A model generated the notes under the pieces. That model did no database searches and was not told where the DNA came from. It saw only the letters and a program-made list of their open reading frames with translations. The translations under genes and the position numbers were made by a program. 64,000 nt of DNA from Octopus sinensis (Eukaryota): assembly GCF_006345805.1 (NCBI RefSeq), contig NC_043007.1, positions 62,434,001-62,498,000 of the forward strand, written 5' to 3'. Of this stretch, positions 1 to 13,903 are shown piece after piece (within the stretch, counting starts at the first letter, position 1; the number at the start of each line of letters is the position of its first letter).

Positions 1-1129
1 TAAATTTTATTACATTTACATTACATGTTAAAACGCTTCATTTCCAAATGTTAAACCATTTTATACCATTTGTAAAAGGTGTGATCATTACTTCATTTTA
101 GTTTCTTTCACTTATTTTTATGAATCTTTGTATTTATACAAGAAATGAGTATTGGAAGAGAAACAAGTGGGGGAGTTGATAGAATCTGTAGTGTACTGAA
201 CTACATGTTTGTAGCCTCTTGTTACAGGGTTCGAATCTTGCTGGGGCTTGTTTTACCTTTTATCCCAAATAGTCATCAAACAAAGAATGGATTAACAAGG
301 GAGCTTCTATGCAATTATTTGACTTACTAGAAATAATAACCAAGTATCCCTAAAATGATAAAAGTATCCCTACCCTCTTGAAAGAAAAAGATTGGATGGT
401 CATGATTGGAATGCCTTTGATCATAGGTCTGTTCAGCAGGGTTGACTTGGGGCTAAACCGCATCAACAACCTTTAATATACTGGTTGGTTTCTTTTAGCA
501 ATATACATCTTTAGCAATTGACTTTCTGCTTAGTCAAAAGAAATTCTTATCTGTATGGTATGCAATGAGTAAAAGAATGTTGTAAATATTTGCAGTTTTG
601 AAGAGAAATGATTGGGTTAAAATATCTTATATGAGAACTAGGAAATAAGGCAGTATTTATTGTAGGAAATGAAGCCATTATGTTGAAATGGTTGTAGCAT
701 TTATGCAAGTAGTATTGTGAGTGAAGAATGGATACAACTCAACTGTCTATCAACGATTAAAAGTAATTTATGTTAAAGTTGGCATTAGTTATATAGAGGT
801 AGCAGGTTAAATATATGGAAGAAACCCTCGAGCGTGTACTATGTTTTAATTCTATCTGAGATCCACACTAGATAAATGTTTTACAGTTAGTTATTATCGA
901 CTCTGACCAGATAAACTATATCATGCAGGTCAAATTTCTAAGTACAATCCACAGAACAATTGTGTCTACACCTTGTGATGGAGCATCCTTTCAATTGCCA
1001 GCATTTTGTTGTTTCTAGAGAGAAGCTGATTGTAGAGCTTAACACAGTCTTCTGACTTGCCAGCTCCTGCCAAACCATCCAACCCATAGAAAGAGGATGT
1101 TAAACACTGATGATATTAGTGTATAGCAA

Positions 1130-2040
1130 AGAGTAGAGTCAAATGTTCTGCTGAAGTCAATTATAATTAGATTGGTGCACATAGGTAGTTTGCCGTTTTA
1201 TCAAAGCTGTCATGAATTTTGTCTGTAAGGTTTGTGAGGACTGTGGTGGCTGATTGTAGTCATTTGAAAATGTTGGAACTAAGAATGCAGAAGCTGATGA
1301 TGTCACAGATGAATCTTTCCATTGTTATTATTTTTTTAAGGTGTACATAGGATGTTAAATGATCTGTATGATTGTGCTTTGGCTGAGTTTTTGTTGGGTT
1401 TTGAAACTTAATCCAGTTTCCAAATTCTGTGAATTTATCCATATTGGTACAAATAATTTGTTGATGAGTACAGCAACCTTTCTGGGCCTTATGTGTTTTA
1501 AGTTTCTGAAGCCTTTGTACTTTTTGACTTCACTGGTTTTGGGAAAATTTTTGTTAAGTTTATAAAATGAACTTATTGTATACAGGGCTCTGGTGCACTA
1601 CAGCTCATAGAAAAGGGTAAAAGAAGGGACAGAAACAGCAATAAGTCAAGTAAAGAAAGGAAGCAATGAAATCCAAAATTGCATGCACAGTACACGGAAT
1701 AAAACACAAAAAGTGAATGATAAGGAGTCATAAAGAGTGAAAGGTACCCAGCATGTCAGAAGTGCTAGCAAATTTTGAGAAGCATAGAATTTTTGAAGGA
1801 TACAGTGTCTCGACACCTAACAACTGATGTGTTTATTCCATGCTTTGACAATTCTGGGTATGAAAACATGTTTCTTAAAATCATTGGCACTGTGCTGTTT
1901 CTTGATTTTATAAGCATGTCTGCAGGTGGTAGAGGTATTGAATTTAAAACAGTGGCCAAAATTGTTGTTGGAAAGATGGTGGCTAATCTTTTGGGCTTCT
2001 ACCAAGGCAACTGTTAGATATCTGTTTACTGCTGGAGTGT
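1130..2040 (-). mobile_element. Decayed non-LTR retrotransposon RT region (CR1/L2-like)
   Basis: Frameshifted minus-strand translation gives IISFCILSSNIFK (cf. YRPISLLSxLSKIFE), LTNLTDKIHDSFDK and IIDFSRTFDS (cf. IDFSKAFD), in the expected order. Confidence 0.5.
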
Positions 2041-2664
2041 AGGTATTTTATCTGAAATTGTTATAAGAATGTTTTGTATAGTGTTTTATGGCTGTTTGTG
2101 TATGTGTTTTCTACTTTGTGTGTGTGTTTTCTACATGTGTATGTGTTTTCTACTTTGGTTTACTTTCTTTATGATCACAATCAGAATACTCATTGAACAA
2201 TGCAGTTTTCCATGGTGTGGGAAGTAGTGTGGCAGTTGTGATTTGTTGATTCTGTTCATTTACATAATAAACAATTCTGGTGAGTCGCAACAGAGAGAGC
2301 TTATTTTTCAGTAGATGATATCTTTCTAAGGTGGTAATTATAAATTTTGATGACATTTGATATCAGGATCAATCCTCCATCACTAGATGAATCTAGCTTT
2401 TTTCAACATTATTGTCATCAATTCATGCCCATCATTCAAATGTCCACCTTCCCATGAATTTTTTTCTGTGGCTAAACCCTCACCTATTTCCAAGTTAGGT
2501 AATATTTCTTCTAGCCCTTCAAACTTGAACAGCACAGTGACCAGACATGCTTTCATGGAAAATTGCAAAGAAATGACATCACTTGTAGGTTGGTGACATT
2601 TGTTGACAAATTTTCATGTGATGTTAAGACAGATATGAACATACACAAACATTTATATATTTAT

Positions 2665-2825
2665 GATGTTTTCTTTTTGGCTTCTATCTACCAAATCCAT
2701 TCACAAGGCTTTAGTTGGGCCAGAGTTATTGTAGAAAGTATTTGCCCAAATTGCCAAGCAGAGGGACTGAACCCAAAACTGAATGGTTAGGAGTGACCTT
2801 AACCACACAGCAATGCTTGTGCCTA
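2665..2825 (-). mobile_element. tRNA-derived SINE fragment (same family as 26904-27327)
   Basis: Diverged reverse-complement match to the SINE body (atctaccaaatccattcacaaggcttt...ggactgaaccc). Confidence 0.6.
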
Positions 2826-3271
2826 AGTCAGTCAGAGCTTTGTAAGTCAAAAGTATCTGATACCGACTAAAGTACATTTAAACTCTAAAAGGCAAGGTCA
2901 GACTCTCATTGAAGTTTTCAACTTGTAGGTGAGATTGCTTGATAGAGATATACTGAACATTTATAGGGACTTGAATTCACATATGTTTAGCATATGTTAA
3001 GAATGTATTGTTTTTTAGTCACAGAACATTTTGTAGTAAAGGATTGATGCAGTTCTGATTCCTGGTTATGAGAAATACCTGTGTTTCTAATTACACTACA
3101 TTTCAAGTATCTCATTTCAGTACAAGCTGCAGGTGGGTTTTTTAAGCTATGGAGAAGCTGTTAGCATAACAATTGGATACTACTGAGAATAAGTTGTAGA
3201 TAAATGTACTGTGATATCATTAGCAGACAAATACATGTAAATGACTGACCGATTGAAGGAAAAAGAGACAG

Positions 3272-3318
<47 letters not shown>

Positions 3319-4120
3319 TGTTTATTGTCATATAGGGAGGAGAGTATGTAAATTTGAGCGGGTGTGGTGGAGTGGGGGTTGGCAGTCATTTGGGTTGATG
3401 GAATGAGAACCAGAGGGAGTTCCAGTTCAAAAACAACCATTGAAGAAATCACAAGTTCAAATAATCATTATGTGGAGGTGTTAGAAAAACAAGGTGGAGA
3501 ACCTTTGTTCTTTTTGCATGTGTATATGAGTGTGCGTATGTATGTATGTGTGTGTGTGTGTGTATCATGTGTATGTGTGTGTGTATGTGTATCATATGTG
3601 TATGTATGTATGTATAGATAGATACTTAGACAGACAGAGAGACAGAAAGAAATGTAGACATGGCTGTATAGTTAAGAAGTTCAGTTCTCAACCACTTAGT
3701 TTCAAGTTCAGTTCCATTGCACTGCATCTTGGAAATTTCCTACTATAGCCATGGGCTGCCCAAAACCTTGTAAGTGGATTTGTATACAAAAACTGTAAGA
3801 AGCCTGTCACTCACTACCATTTGCATTTATATATGTATAAAATATGTGTGTGAGTTTACATTTGTGCTTTTTCAAAAGCCACTGAGCTGCTGGCTTTGCA
3901 CATTTGAAAACATGTGGACAAAGGACCTTACTTGAAAAGTGAGCAACAGTTGATGACAAGAAGGGCATCTGGTTGTAAAATAATGCTTCAATAATATGAT
4001 TAAAAATAATTAATATATTCATCTCATCCTTGCTGGTATGGAAAAATGGACATTAAAAAAAGGACAAATGGATATCAATCAAGAATTTTGATAATCTCTG
4101 ATTCATTGTTTTCAGGAAAG

Positions 4121-5533
4121 TGCTGGGCAACAAAAAAAATTTATTGTCTGCTACCCAGACAAGTGGTGCTGTGCTAAACTAAATCAAGTATACTGATTCT
4201 GAATCAGAACTGATAATTGCTGTAGCACCTCAGGATTTTGAATTTTGCACATAATTATATGGGAATAGTTAACTTCAAGGTAAATAATTATTATAATAGT
4301 ATATTAGTACTGTACATAGTATATTTATGTTCAAGGCAAATAGTATTATAATATGATGGTATATATTTATGTTAAGAGAATACTCACTTCATTTTTGATA
4401 TGCTTGGCTCAGAAATGTTTGAGACACTTGCTCTTGCACTTATGCGTTGTGCTAGTCTCCCGTTATAGGAACCAGCAGTAGTCACCTATCATGTGTGGAT
4501 TGATCCGGCCTTGATACCTCATTTCCATTTCAAATATGTCCTGGTGGAACTTCTCACCATGCTCATCACTAACGGCACCAAGATTCATTGGAAAAAAATT
4601 GAGATGAGAATGCCAGAAGTGCATTTTAAGGGACATTTAGCATCCCATTCTTTCATTTTCAGCTCTATAATTGCCAGGGAAGGTACTGGAAGCCATAAAT
4701 AGTCTACTTATGAACTAAGTAATTAACTCCTTGCAGAATGAGTTCCATCGATTTATAAGTTTCTTCCATACCGACAACATGACCCACAGGAATGGAAGGT
4801 TTTTAATAACCATTATGTAACAACACAGCTTTGAGGCTAACCTTACTTGAGTCTATAAATAATCTCCATTCTTTAGCCACATGAATGTGTCCTAGTTTTT
4901 GCCTGAGTGCATTAACAGCAGTACAGAAACAAGCGTTATTTTCTTGCTTGAAAAAGACAGATAAGTCTTCATGGCAAGAAAAGAAAATGGAAATCGTTGT
5001 ACCTTGCTGTAGGAGATTCTGTTGCTGTTGTCTGGATCCCAAAACTTCTGCCTTCTCCTTTGACAATGCAAATTTTCCACAGACATAAAAGTTTTCTGGG
5101 TGATTCACACAACCTCTCCTATTCATGATCTAACACAATGAACATAGTTAAAACAGTAATCACTCAGTGCGAGAGAAACGCATACCACATGTGGTGGCAG
5201 CACAAATGACACTGAGAGTTACCAAGAAAAAACTGATGCATTTGGTGTTTGCGCACAATACATCGGTGCCATCTATTGCTAAACTAAATAATGAACTCAT
5301 CATTTATTTTATTGCTGTTATTTCTTTAATTTTGAATTAAGACCACTTTCATTTTAGCAAATTTTATAATACAACCTATATCTAGTTGAAAGTATAGTTA
5401 TAATCTTGTACATGCACATAACTCAAAATCCTGATGTGCTAGAACAATTCTGAGGGCAGATTCAGAAACAACATCCTCAATTTAGTCCATAACACATGCT
5501 TTTATCCCAGTAGCAAAATCTTTGTTGACTATT
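4121..5533 (-). mobile_element. Internally deleted Chapaev3-like (CMC superfamily) DNA transposon
   Basis: Transposase motifs GCVNHPENFYVCG, EWRLFIDSSKVSLKAVLLHNG (ORF 4803-5126) and VSDEHGEKFHQDIFEMEMRYQG...MIGDYCW (about 4465-4575). Imperfect inverted termini share tagcacctcaggattttg (about 4223) and caaaatcctgatgtgcta (about 5424). The family name comes from recall of these motifs. Confidence 0.7.
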
Positions 5534-5554
5534 TTGCTCTTCTGTATATTCAAG

Positions 5555-5950
5555 AACTCTGTTCATTATTTAGATTATTTACAATTGACGGATATTTGAC
5601 CTCATCTTGTTTGTTGTTAACACAACGTTTTGGCTTCATCGGATACCTGATGAAGGTATCTTGGGAAAATTTCAAACCTGGGTTCTCATTCCTAAGGTGT
5701 TTTTCGATGTTATCATTATCATCATTATTATTATTCAGGCCACTGCCTGGAATCGAACTTGGATTCTTGGGGTTAGTAGCCCACACTCTTAACCACTACG
5801 CCATATGCCCATGGGTAATCATGGAGTGAATTTTAGGGCTTATAAATCTAATATTTTTTAATCCTTCCTTAATACCTGTTCCCATATGCTATTCATATCT
5901 GCACTTGGTCTGCTTAGGAAGTTGTTGTGTCCTAGCATATGTTGTCTAAT
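5555..5950 (-). mobile_element. Interspersed repeat with tRNA-like head and decayed hammerhead-like motif
   Basis: Minus strand 5738-5808 reads ggcatatggcgtagtggttaagag...gttcgattccaggc (A/B boxes). CTGATGA/CCGATGA remnants occur at 5620-5660. Confidence 0.5.
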
Positions 5951-6999
5951 GAACTTTTTTTTAACACAGTTGGATAAGATATGAAAGAGATTTGGCTGTT
6001 ATTTTTTTAGCAAAGTGAGTGACCACATAGAGATGGTCTCTTAAAATTGCTTATGACAGTAGGTCTTTACTCATGGTGTTGTGTTGTAAGATATGGCTAT
6101 TTTGATGTACTGAATTCTTTAGTTTCCATGGTGTGTTCACAGCCAAGAGATTGCTTGACACTTAAACCAACACCCAATTACCAATGGAAGCAAAATGACA
6201 TCTTTTTATATTAAGCTACATTACTTGTAGAATGTCATGGTTCTGACACCTCCTAACAGCTTAGAAATCATTAAACTTCTAAAAGCTAATCCATTTTTGT
6301 CAGCAATTTGGATTGTATCCCTGAGATTTATTCCAGTGCAAGACTTCAGTTTAAACACTAAAGATGTACCTATGCATACTGAATTTGTTGATTGCTATCA
6401 TCATCATCATCATTGTTGTAATGTCTACTTTTCCATGCTTGAATGGATCATGCAAGACTATGTTTGAGCAGAATTTTCTATTGTCAGATAACCTTTCTGA
6501 TGCCAAGCTTCACCTATTTTCAAGCACCCAGACTGTCGAATGAATGAACAGTCTGAACTTTCTTTCATAGAGAACTGGAAACAAATGACACCATTTGAAT
6601 GAACCTTTTGTTTACAATCAACATATGCATGTTGACAAGGGGAAATATGAACTCACCGAAGCACACACATACATACATGTGTGTGTGTTTGTGTCTGCAT
6701 GTATGGTAGGTTGAACTATATGGAAGCACCCACATTGGTTCAAGGCAGAGACAATCTTACACTTAGGTGATAAAAATGACTAGCTTCAGAGCATATGATT
6801 GATGACCGATGACAGCTAGAACACCAACAAACTCAATTGGTTTGTTTGAACTGAGAGTAGATGACAGTACTCTGATAAAACAAATAAAATTAAAACAAAT
6901 CTGAAGTATTTGAAGGTGAGATATTAAAAGAAAATTTATGTAATTTAAGCTTGGAAATAATTTTGTAAATTCATTTCTTCACTTATATCATAACTCTTT

Positions 7000-7227
7000 T
7001 TAAACCTTTAGCATTCAGATTACTTTGTTAAATGTAATACTTATTTATTCACTTTATTTTGAATTAATCATGTGTTGTCTCGTAGCTTTAAGATTTCAAT
7101 AATCTGATTGTTTATTTTTAGAATGACATTGTAGGCTAGATGTGAGAAGCTGGATCTGACTGGTTTGAACATAAAACAGGTAGAATATTTGGGCCATACA
7201 TGGTCGATTTAAATGCTAAAGGGTTAA
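7000..7227. mobile_element. piggyBac-like MITE (TTAA ends)
   Basis: Termini ttaaacctttagcatt / aatgctaaagggttaa. Related copies at 8456-8676, 31647-31824 and about 37135-37290. Confidence 0.7.
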
Positions 7228-7839
7228 TATTTTGTATGGAAGGTTATCTGCAAAATACTCTCTGTTAGTGTACGTGTGTATGGAAGAAAGAGAGAGAGAG
7301 GAATACATATATAGACATTATGTATCTGCATGATTTACCTATAACTATAAAAAACCATTATTAACTCCTTTTCGATGCTTCACTTCGTTCAGATATTCAT
7401 GTTGCTAAGACATCAAGCTTTTTTTCATTTTCATCTTACTATTTTGATATTCATTCAAAAAGGTTTTATTCACACACTTATTCTGAGACTATCCTTAACC
7501 AGGCAGGTGCTTACATCAATTACTTCAACATAAACTACATGTGTGTGTTTCCTGTTAGTTACATAGTTTCCTTATAAGCCAAGCTTCTCAATGCTTAGAT
7601 GTCATAACCTGACAGCGTTTTATTATTTTTTGTGTTTAGCTATTCACTGACTATAACATTAAAGAACAGCAATAAATTTTGTATAAAGGACGTATATAAT
7701 ATATATTGCAAACATGTGTTTACATATAGTTTTCATTTCATATTTAATGGTCAAGTTGTTTTTTCATTTATTTTTTGGTGGAGAGAAATAGCTTAAAGAA
7801 TTTTTGTAATGAAGTTGTCATGATAATGATGACACTGTG

Positions 7840-7876
<37 letters not shown>

Positions 7877-7965
7877 ATATGTGTGTGTATGTATCTGCAT
7901 ATATGTATGTATATATGTGTATGTGTATAGCTATATAAGTATGTATATATATATATATATAATAT

Positions 7966-8012
<47 letters not shown>

Positions 8013-8297
8013 ATGTGTGTGTATACATGTATGTATGTATATTTTTCCTTTGAGTTTTATTTAAGTTCTTGAGAGTTCAAGTTGGTCACTAACAAAATGA
8101 CAAGGCTTAAGAAAGTCCTAGCGTATGTATAATGGAATATGTATGATGCAATATGTATGTATATGTACTTACATTTTCTTTGTATTTTCCTACTCTTCTT
8201 CTGCTACTACTCTTTACCTATGTTTGAAATTGTGTCAAATAGTTGAAAGTTATATTAAATTTCATAGGCTAAAAAGTGATTAAATCTAGAAACTTGA

Positions 8298-8739
8298 TTA
8301 CCCTTTTGTTACCATATTTTTATTGAAATGCACTGCATTTGTGTCAATCATTATTGAAAATCATGAAAAATTTAGTAAAATTACTTTGTCATTATTAAGC
8401 TGGTATTTGGAACCTAAAATGAAAGTTTGATCGATAGTTTTTAATTTAGGTCACTTTAACTCTTTAGCATGTAAACAGACATATTGACAAAAATATTCTA
8501 TCTATTTTATGTTCAAAGCAGTCAGATCCTGCCTCACATGCCTACCCTATAATATCATTCTAAAATAAACAATTACATTGAAATCTCTTAGCTTCATAAT
8601 AATGCATGATTAATTTAAAATAATGGGAATAAATAATCATTACATCTGACAGAGCAATCTGAATGGTAAACATTAAAACATGAGATTCTATGTCATAAAT
8701 CCAGAACAGTTTCAGGTAGGTTGGTATTAAAATGGTCAA
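8298..8739. mobile_element. piggyBac-like MITE containing a nested second MITE (8456-8676)
   Basis: Outer termini ttacccttttgttacc / ggtattaaaatggtcaa. The inner copy is bounded by TTAA on both sides. An uninterrupted inverse copy of the outer element lies at 20317-20543. Confidence 0.6.
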
Positions 8740-9779
8740 ATTAAATAGGGATTTTTAATTTTATTGTTCGAAATTAATGATTTTTTTTATTCAATTTATT
8801 AGACTTTTTCTCTTTTACTTTTACATGTTTCAGTCATTACACTGAGGCCATGTTGGGGCACTGCCTTTATTGGTTTCTTTTTTCTTTCTTTGGTTAGATT
8901 GAACCCCAGATCAGCCCCACTGAAGTTAGAATGATCAAAGCCATTCTAGCTATTGCCAGCCCTTTCTTTTCTCACTATTTTCTCTTTTGTTTAGGCACAA
9001 TATGTCCGTCCCTTTTTTAAGATTAACATGAGGAAGATTTGGGTCCTATTTTTAGCAGTGTGAGTGACTATGTGGAAACCCCCTTATTGCTTTGTTAATG
9101 TTTTCTTTTTGTGAATGATGTGTGTTTGATACAACAGTAAATTTATGTTGGAAATACTTTGTGCTGCAGTTTTTATCTTTTGGTTAAAACAGTTTTACTT
9201 ACTGCAATAAAATCTTCAGTAAAAAGTATAAATGTAAGGCAGTGCTTTCAGCATGGCCACAGTCAAGTGACTGAAACAAGTAATAGCTTTGAGGGGTGGG
9301 AATAACTCGATACTAACTCCATATTATCAGGCCTAGTACTTGACTGATACCTTATATTATTGACCCTGAAATGATGAAAGGCAAGTTGACTTTAGCAGGA
9401 TTTGATATCATCTCAGACTTTTATTTAATCCTTCTTCGACAGAAATACATCCCACTGAAACTTCATTTCACTTCATTTCTTTCTCTAACAACTAAATTAC
9501 ACTTCAAACTGGACACTAAGCACACTAACCTCTCTCTCTTTCTCTCATCTTTATGTTCCAATTTATGAGAATAGGCTTTGGTCATTACTTCTCTTTTTTT
9601 CCTCCATGCATTTACAAATGTTTAGAAAACAAAACGAGTCAACTCTATGGTTTCATTAAGAAATCATTATTCTTATCTTTTCTGTTTAATAAATGGCATT
9701 TCTGTTAGTACAATCTCCCAATAGAAATCTCAAAGTTTTGGAAGACACTTCTCATTTGTTTGCATAATGTGGCTGTGTA

Positions 9780-9780
9780 T

Positions 9781-9826
<46 letters not shown>

Positions 9827-9970
9827 ATATATATATATATGTATGTATATATATATATATAATATATATATATATATTATATATATATATATATATGTAT
9901 ATATTTATATATATATATATATGTATATATATATGTATATATATATGTATATATATATGTATATATATAG

Positions 9971-10020
<50 letters not shown>

Positions 10021-10096
10021 TATGTATGTATATATATATATATATGTATGTAATATATATATATATGTATGTATATATATATTATATATATGTATG

Positions 10097-10155
<59 letters not shown>

Positions 10156-10304
10156 TATGTATGTATATATATATATATGTATGATATATATATGTATGTA
10201 TATATATTATATATATGTATGTATATATATATATGTATGTATATATATATGTATGTATATATAATATATATGTATGTATTATATATATGTATGTATATTA
10301 TATG

Positions 10305-10336
<32 letters not shown>

Positions 10337-10370
10337 TGTATATGTATATATATGTATGTATATATATATG

Positions 10371-10402
<32 letters not shown>

Positions 10403-10520
10403 TGTATGTATGTATATATATGTATATATATATATGTATGTATATATATATATATATATGTATATGTATGTATGTATGTATATATGTATGTGTATATATA
10501 CATACATACGTTTGCATGCA
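9780..10520. repeat. Degenerate (TA)n/(TATG)n microsatellite array
   Basis: Directly visible. It is the source of the spurious YI-rich ORFs. Confidence 0.95.
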
Positions 10521-12732
10521 ATATGTGTATGCATGTATGCTTATGCATGAATGTATGTATCTGTGTGTATATGTTTGTGCTTTGTGTATGAAGCAATTTT
10601 TTAATGCAAGAAAGAGAATGAGAAACTTGGAAGATTATTTCAGAGATTGAAGTGTTGCATAAAAGAATAAATACATTGATAGTCATCTGTAAATAACGAA
10701 TATAAACTACTATGCAATAGGAACAAGTAGTAGTAATAGTGGAAGCAGCAGTAGTAGTAGTAATACAAGGCTTTAGTTAGTTATGAACTTTTCGTTATGC
10801 AGAGTTTTGAACATTTGCTGGAATGTTTTTCAGATATTTCTAGCTAATATATCATTTTATTGATTTCCTTCTTATCAGTTTGCTAAGGATTTGGGGTAAC
10901 AAAAATAAGGAAAATAAAGTAGAAATAAATTGTTTTATCATTATCATCATCATTATCACCATCATTGTTGTCGTGTTAATGAAGCCCATGCTTGAGTAGA
11001 AAATTGGTTTTGACTACAATGCCATGGATGTGTTAAAAGAGTAAACCTTGCTGGATAGCATTAGTACTATCTCTGATAGAATCTTTCTCTGGAAGTTGGA
11101 AAAAACTATCTGTCCCTATGAGCAAGCTATTAATTTTGAAAGAATAATTCTGATGAGCTTCCAGCAAACCATGCCTATGACCAAGTTTTAAATTTTGCTT
11201 AAGACACATCTCTTTAGGTTTGACTCAGACTTATAAAATGCAGTCATTGTCAAATTTTGAGAGTAAGTAACCCACTTGTAAGTTGGAAGTCTCCAGTGGG
11301 CCTCTAAGAGTTACAGGCCATATTTATTTCATAGTAACCATACAGTTGCAGCTGAGTAAATTATTTGTTTGCTGTCACCAACACTGCACTCTGTCCCTGC
11401 CAAAGATATATAACTTCTTAACATCATAGTCCACTTCCAATAAATAAGACGACTTCATATAAGAAAATAGTTCACTGCAGTAAACAACAAGATTTCAGTA
11501 TGTCATATTTATTCATGTATATTCATGTTTAGTATGTACTTGTGTATAATGCACAGATCTAATTGCAGGCAATGAACTCCCAGAAAAAAATCTCTCATGT
11601 ATAATATACATTGACTTATTCTTTAGTATTATGGTTTATGGAAAAAAGGAGAATTTTTGTCTAGATTTGTTATAATTACTGTACATAATACATTGAAGAA
11701 GTTGACACATACTAAGCAAACTTTGCCAGAAAAATCACTACAGGGTTTATGGTATCACAACAACAGTGATGCCTGTGTGGTTATAGCAGTCACGACCAAT
11801 GGATGATGATGACAAAAACAATGACGACGACAGCACAGCTTAAACCACCTAGCTTCTGTAATCACACAATAGCAACTGTTATTCTTGACCACAACATCTC
11901 ATACAAACTGTTGAATTATTTTATTGTAAATATTTCTTTTCTATTGTTGGTTGTAAGAACAATACATTGTTCTATTTTACCATAAATAAATATTTTTGTT
12001 TTTAAAACAACTTTCAGATAGAATTATTGTTCTTACATTCATCAATACCAACTTAACCAAATCAATACACTGGTGTCAACCAAAATCCAGAAATATTATT
12101 TACATTTAACCCTCCCTCAAAATTGTTATTTTCTGTGTATGTATAGGCATCAAAGATTCCTTTAGGTTGATTAATCTTCAGATATTTCCTGGTCTTTGGT
12201 GGTTTTGTTTTTGTTTTTTTCTCTGTTTTTATATGCTTTTTTTACAATTCACTGGATAAGAATTTGAATGTTAGTGGTTTTGTATATTCTAAATGAATTA
12301 GGGTGACAGGTCAAGTTGAAAGGATGCCAGATGAACAGCCAAGTGGTCAGCTTTGTGCATTCTATCAACAGTGCTGTGTGTATGGCCAAGATATTAAAAT
12401 TACCAATGGCCCAATATACCTAGTTGTAAATAGGCACTATGGATTAGGAACAATTCTCAAATAAAGGATTCATTAACTTCCATTGCTGTGTTCAGCTATT
12501 CCTGTGAAAATAACATGGAAAGAAATGGATTGTAGAAAATAAATTATCACTAGATCTATACTACTTGGAGTCTTGTATTGTTTGGGACATGTATTCTACT
12601 TTTATCCCTGTACAGGTGGGAAACTTCATTATGTCAATCACTCTTATAAGAAACAGGATGGAACTATTATCTGTCTAGTTTAATGCAAATGAAATAAAGA
12701 GTTTTGTCAGAAGGTCCTGATAATCTTCATTA

Positions 12733-13822
12733 TCATCATCATCATTTAACATCTGTTTTCCACGCTGGCATGAGTTGGATGGGTTGACTGAAAACTGGTA
12801 AGCTGGGGAGCTGCACCAGGTTCCAATCTGATTTGGCATAATTTCTACAGCTGGATACCCTTCCTAACACCAACCACTCCAAGAGTGTAATAGGTGCTTT
12901 TTATGTGCCACCATCATGGGCGCCAGTTATGAAACACCAGCATTGGCCACAACTACAATCTCACGTGGCTTCACAGGTCTTCTCAAGCATGGTATATTGT
13001 CAAAGGTCTTGGTTACTTGTCCCTGCCTCCATGAGGCCCAAAGTTCGAAGGGTGCTTTTTACATTCCACCATTATGGGTGCCAGTTACATGACACTGGCA
13101 TTGGCCATGACTACAATTTCACTTGGCTTCTCAGGTCTTCTCAAGTACAACATATCGTTCATCATTTGAAGGCTCTTTTTATGTACCAGTTACACGATGC
13201 TGGCATCAGCCACAACTGCGATTTCACTTGGCTTGATGGGTCTTCTCATGCACTGCATATCACCAAAGGTCTCTGTCCTTGACATTGCCTCCATGAGGCC
13301 CAACATTCAAAGATCAGGCTTCACCACTTTGTCCTATGTCTTGCTGGGTCTACCTCTTCCACAGGTTCCCTCCACAGTTAGAGATCAGCTCTTCTTCACA
13401 CAGCTGTCCTCGACCATATGCATCACATGACCATACCAGTGCAGTCATCTCTCTTGCACATTACATCTGATGCCTCTTATGCCCAACTTTTCTCTCAAGA
13501 TGCTTATACTTTGTCATACATGCACACTGACATTGCACATTCAGCAAAGCATGCTAGCTTCATTTCTTTCAAGCCTTTGCATGTCCTTGGTGGCCACAAC
13601 CTATGTTTCACTAATGTGTAACATGGCTGTTTACACACAGGCATCGTACAATCTGCCTTTCACTCTGAGGGAGAGGCCCTTTGTTAGCAACAGAGGTAGG
13701 AGCTCTCTGAACTTTGCCCAACCTATTCTTATTCTAGTAGCTACCCTCTCGGAGCACCACTTCTGCTACTGACTTGGTCACCTATGTAACAGAAGCTATC
13801 AACTATTTCTAGTTTTCTCCCT
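12733..13822 (-). mobile_element. RTE-clade LINE 3' fragment with (GAT)n tail
   Basis: Minus strand encodes RLHWYGHVMHMVEDSCVKK (RTE RT C-terminal WxGHV motif), followed by the conserved 3' tail ending in (gat)n. Confidence 0.75.
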
Positions 13823-13903
13823 ATTTTATTGTGAAGAATGATTCATCTTTGTTTCTTTTTGTTATTAATTTTATTTCTGATTTTTTTCTGTTTTATTTTT
13901 CAG

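Noticed and set aside
2150-2590. Possible APE endonuclease part of the 1.1-2.0 kb LINE
   Set aside because: Only a weak SDCDH resemblance. Too decayed to call.
5738-5808. tRNA gene
   Set aside because: The acceptor and T stems pair poorly and the sequence is embedded in a repeat. Treated as a SINE-type head.
9760-10686. Long YI/CV/HT-rich ORFs here and at 21-26 kb, 52.9 kb and 59.4 kb
   Set aside because: They are translations of (TA)n, (TG)n and (TATG)n microsatellites, not genes.
11145-11180. CTGATGA-gct/agc hammerhead-like start; other lone CTGATGA at about 20833, 22373 and 57626
   Set aside because: No GAAA, stem III or stem I could be completed.
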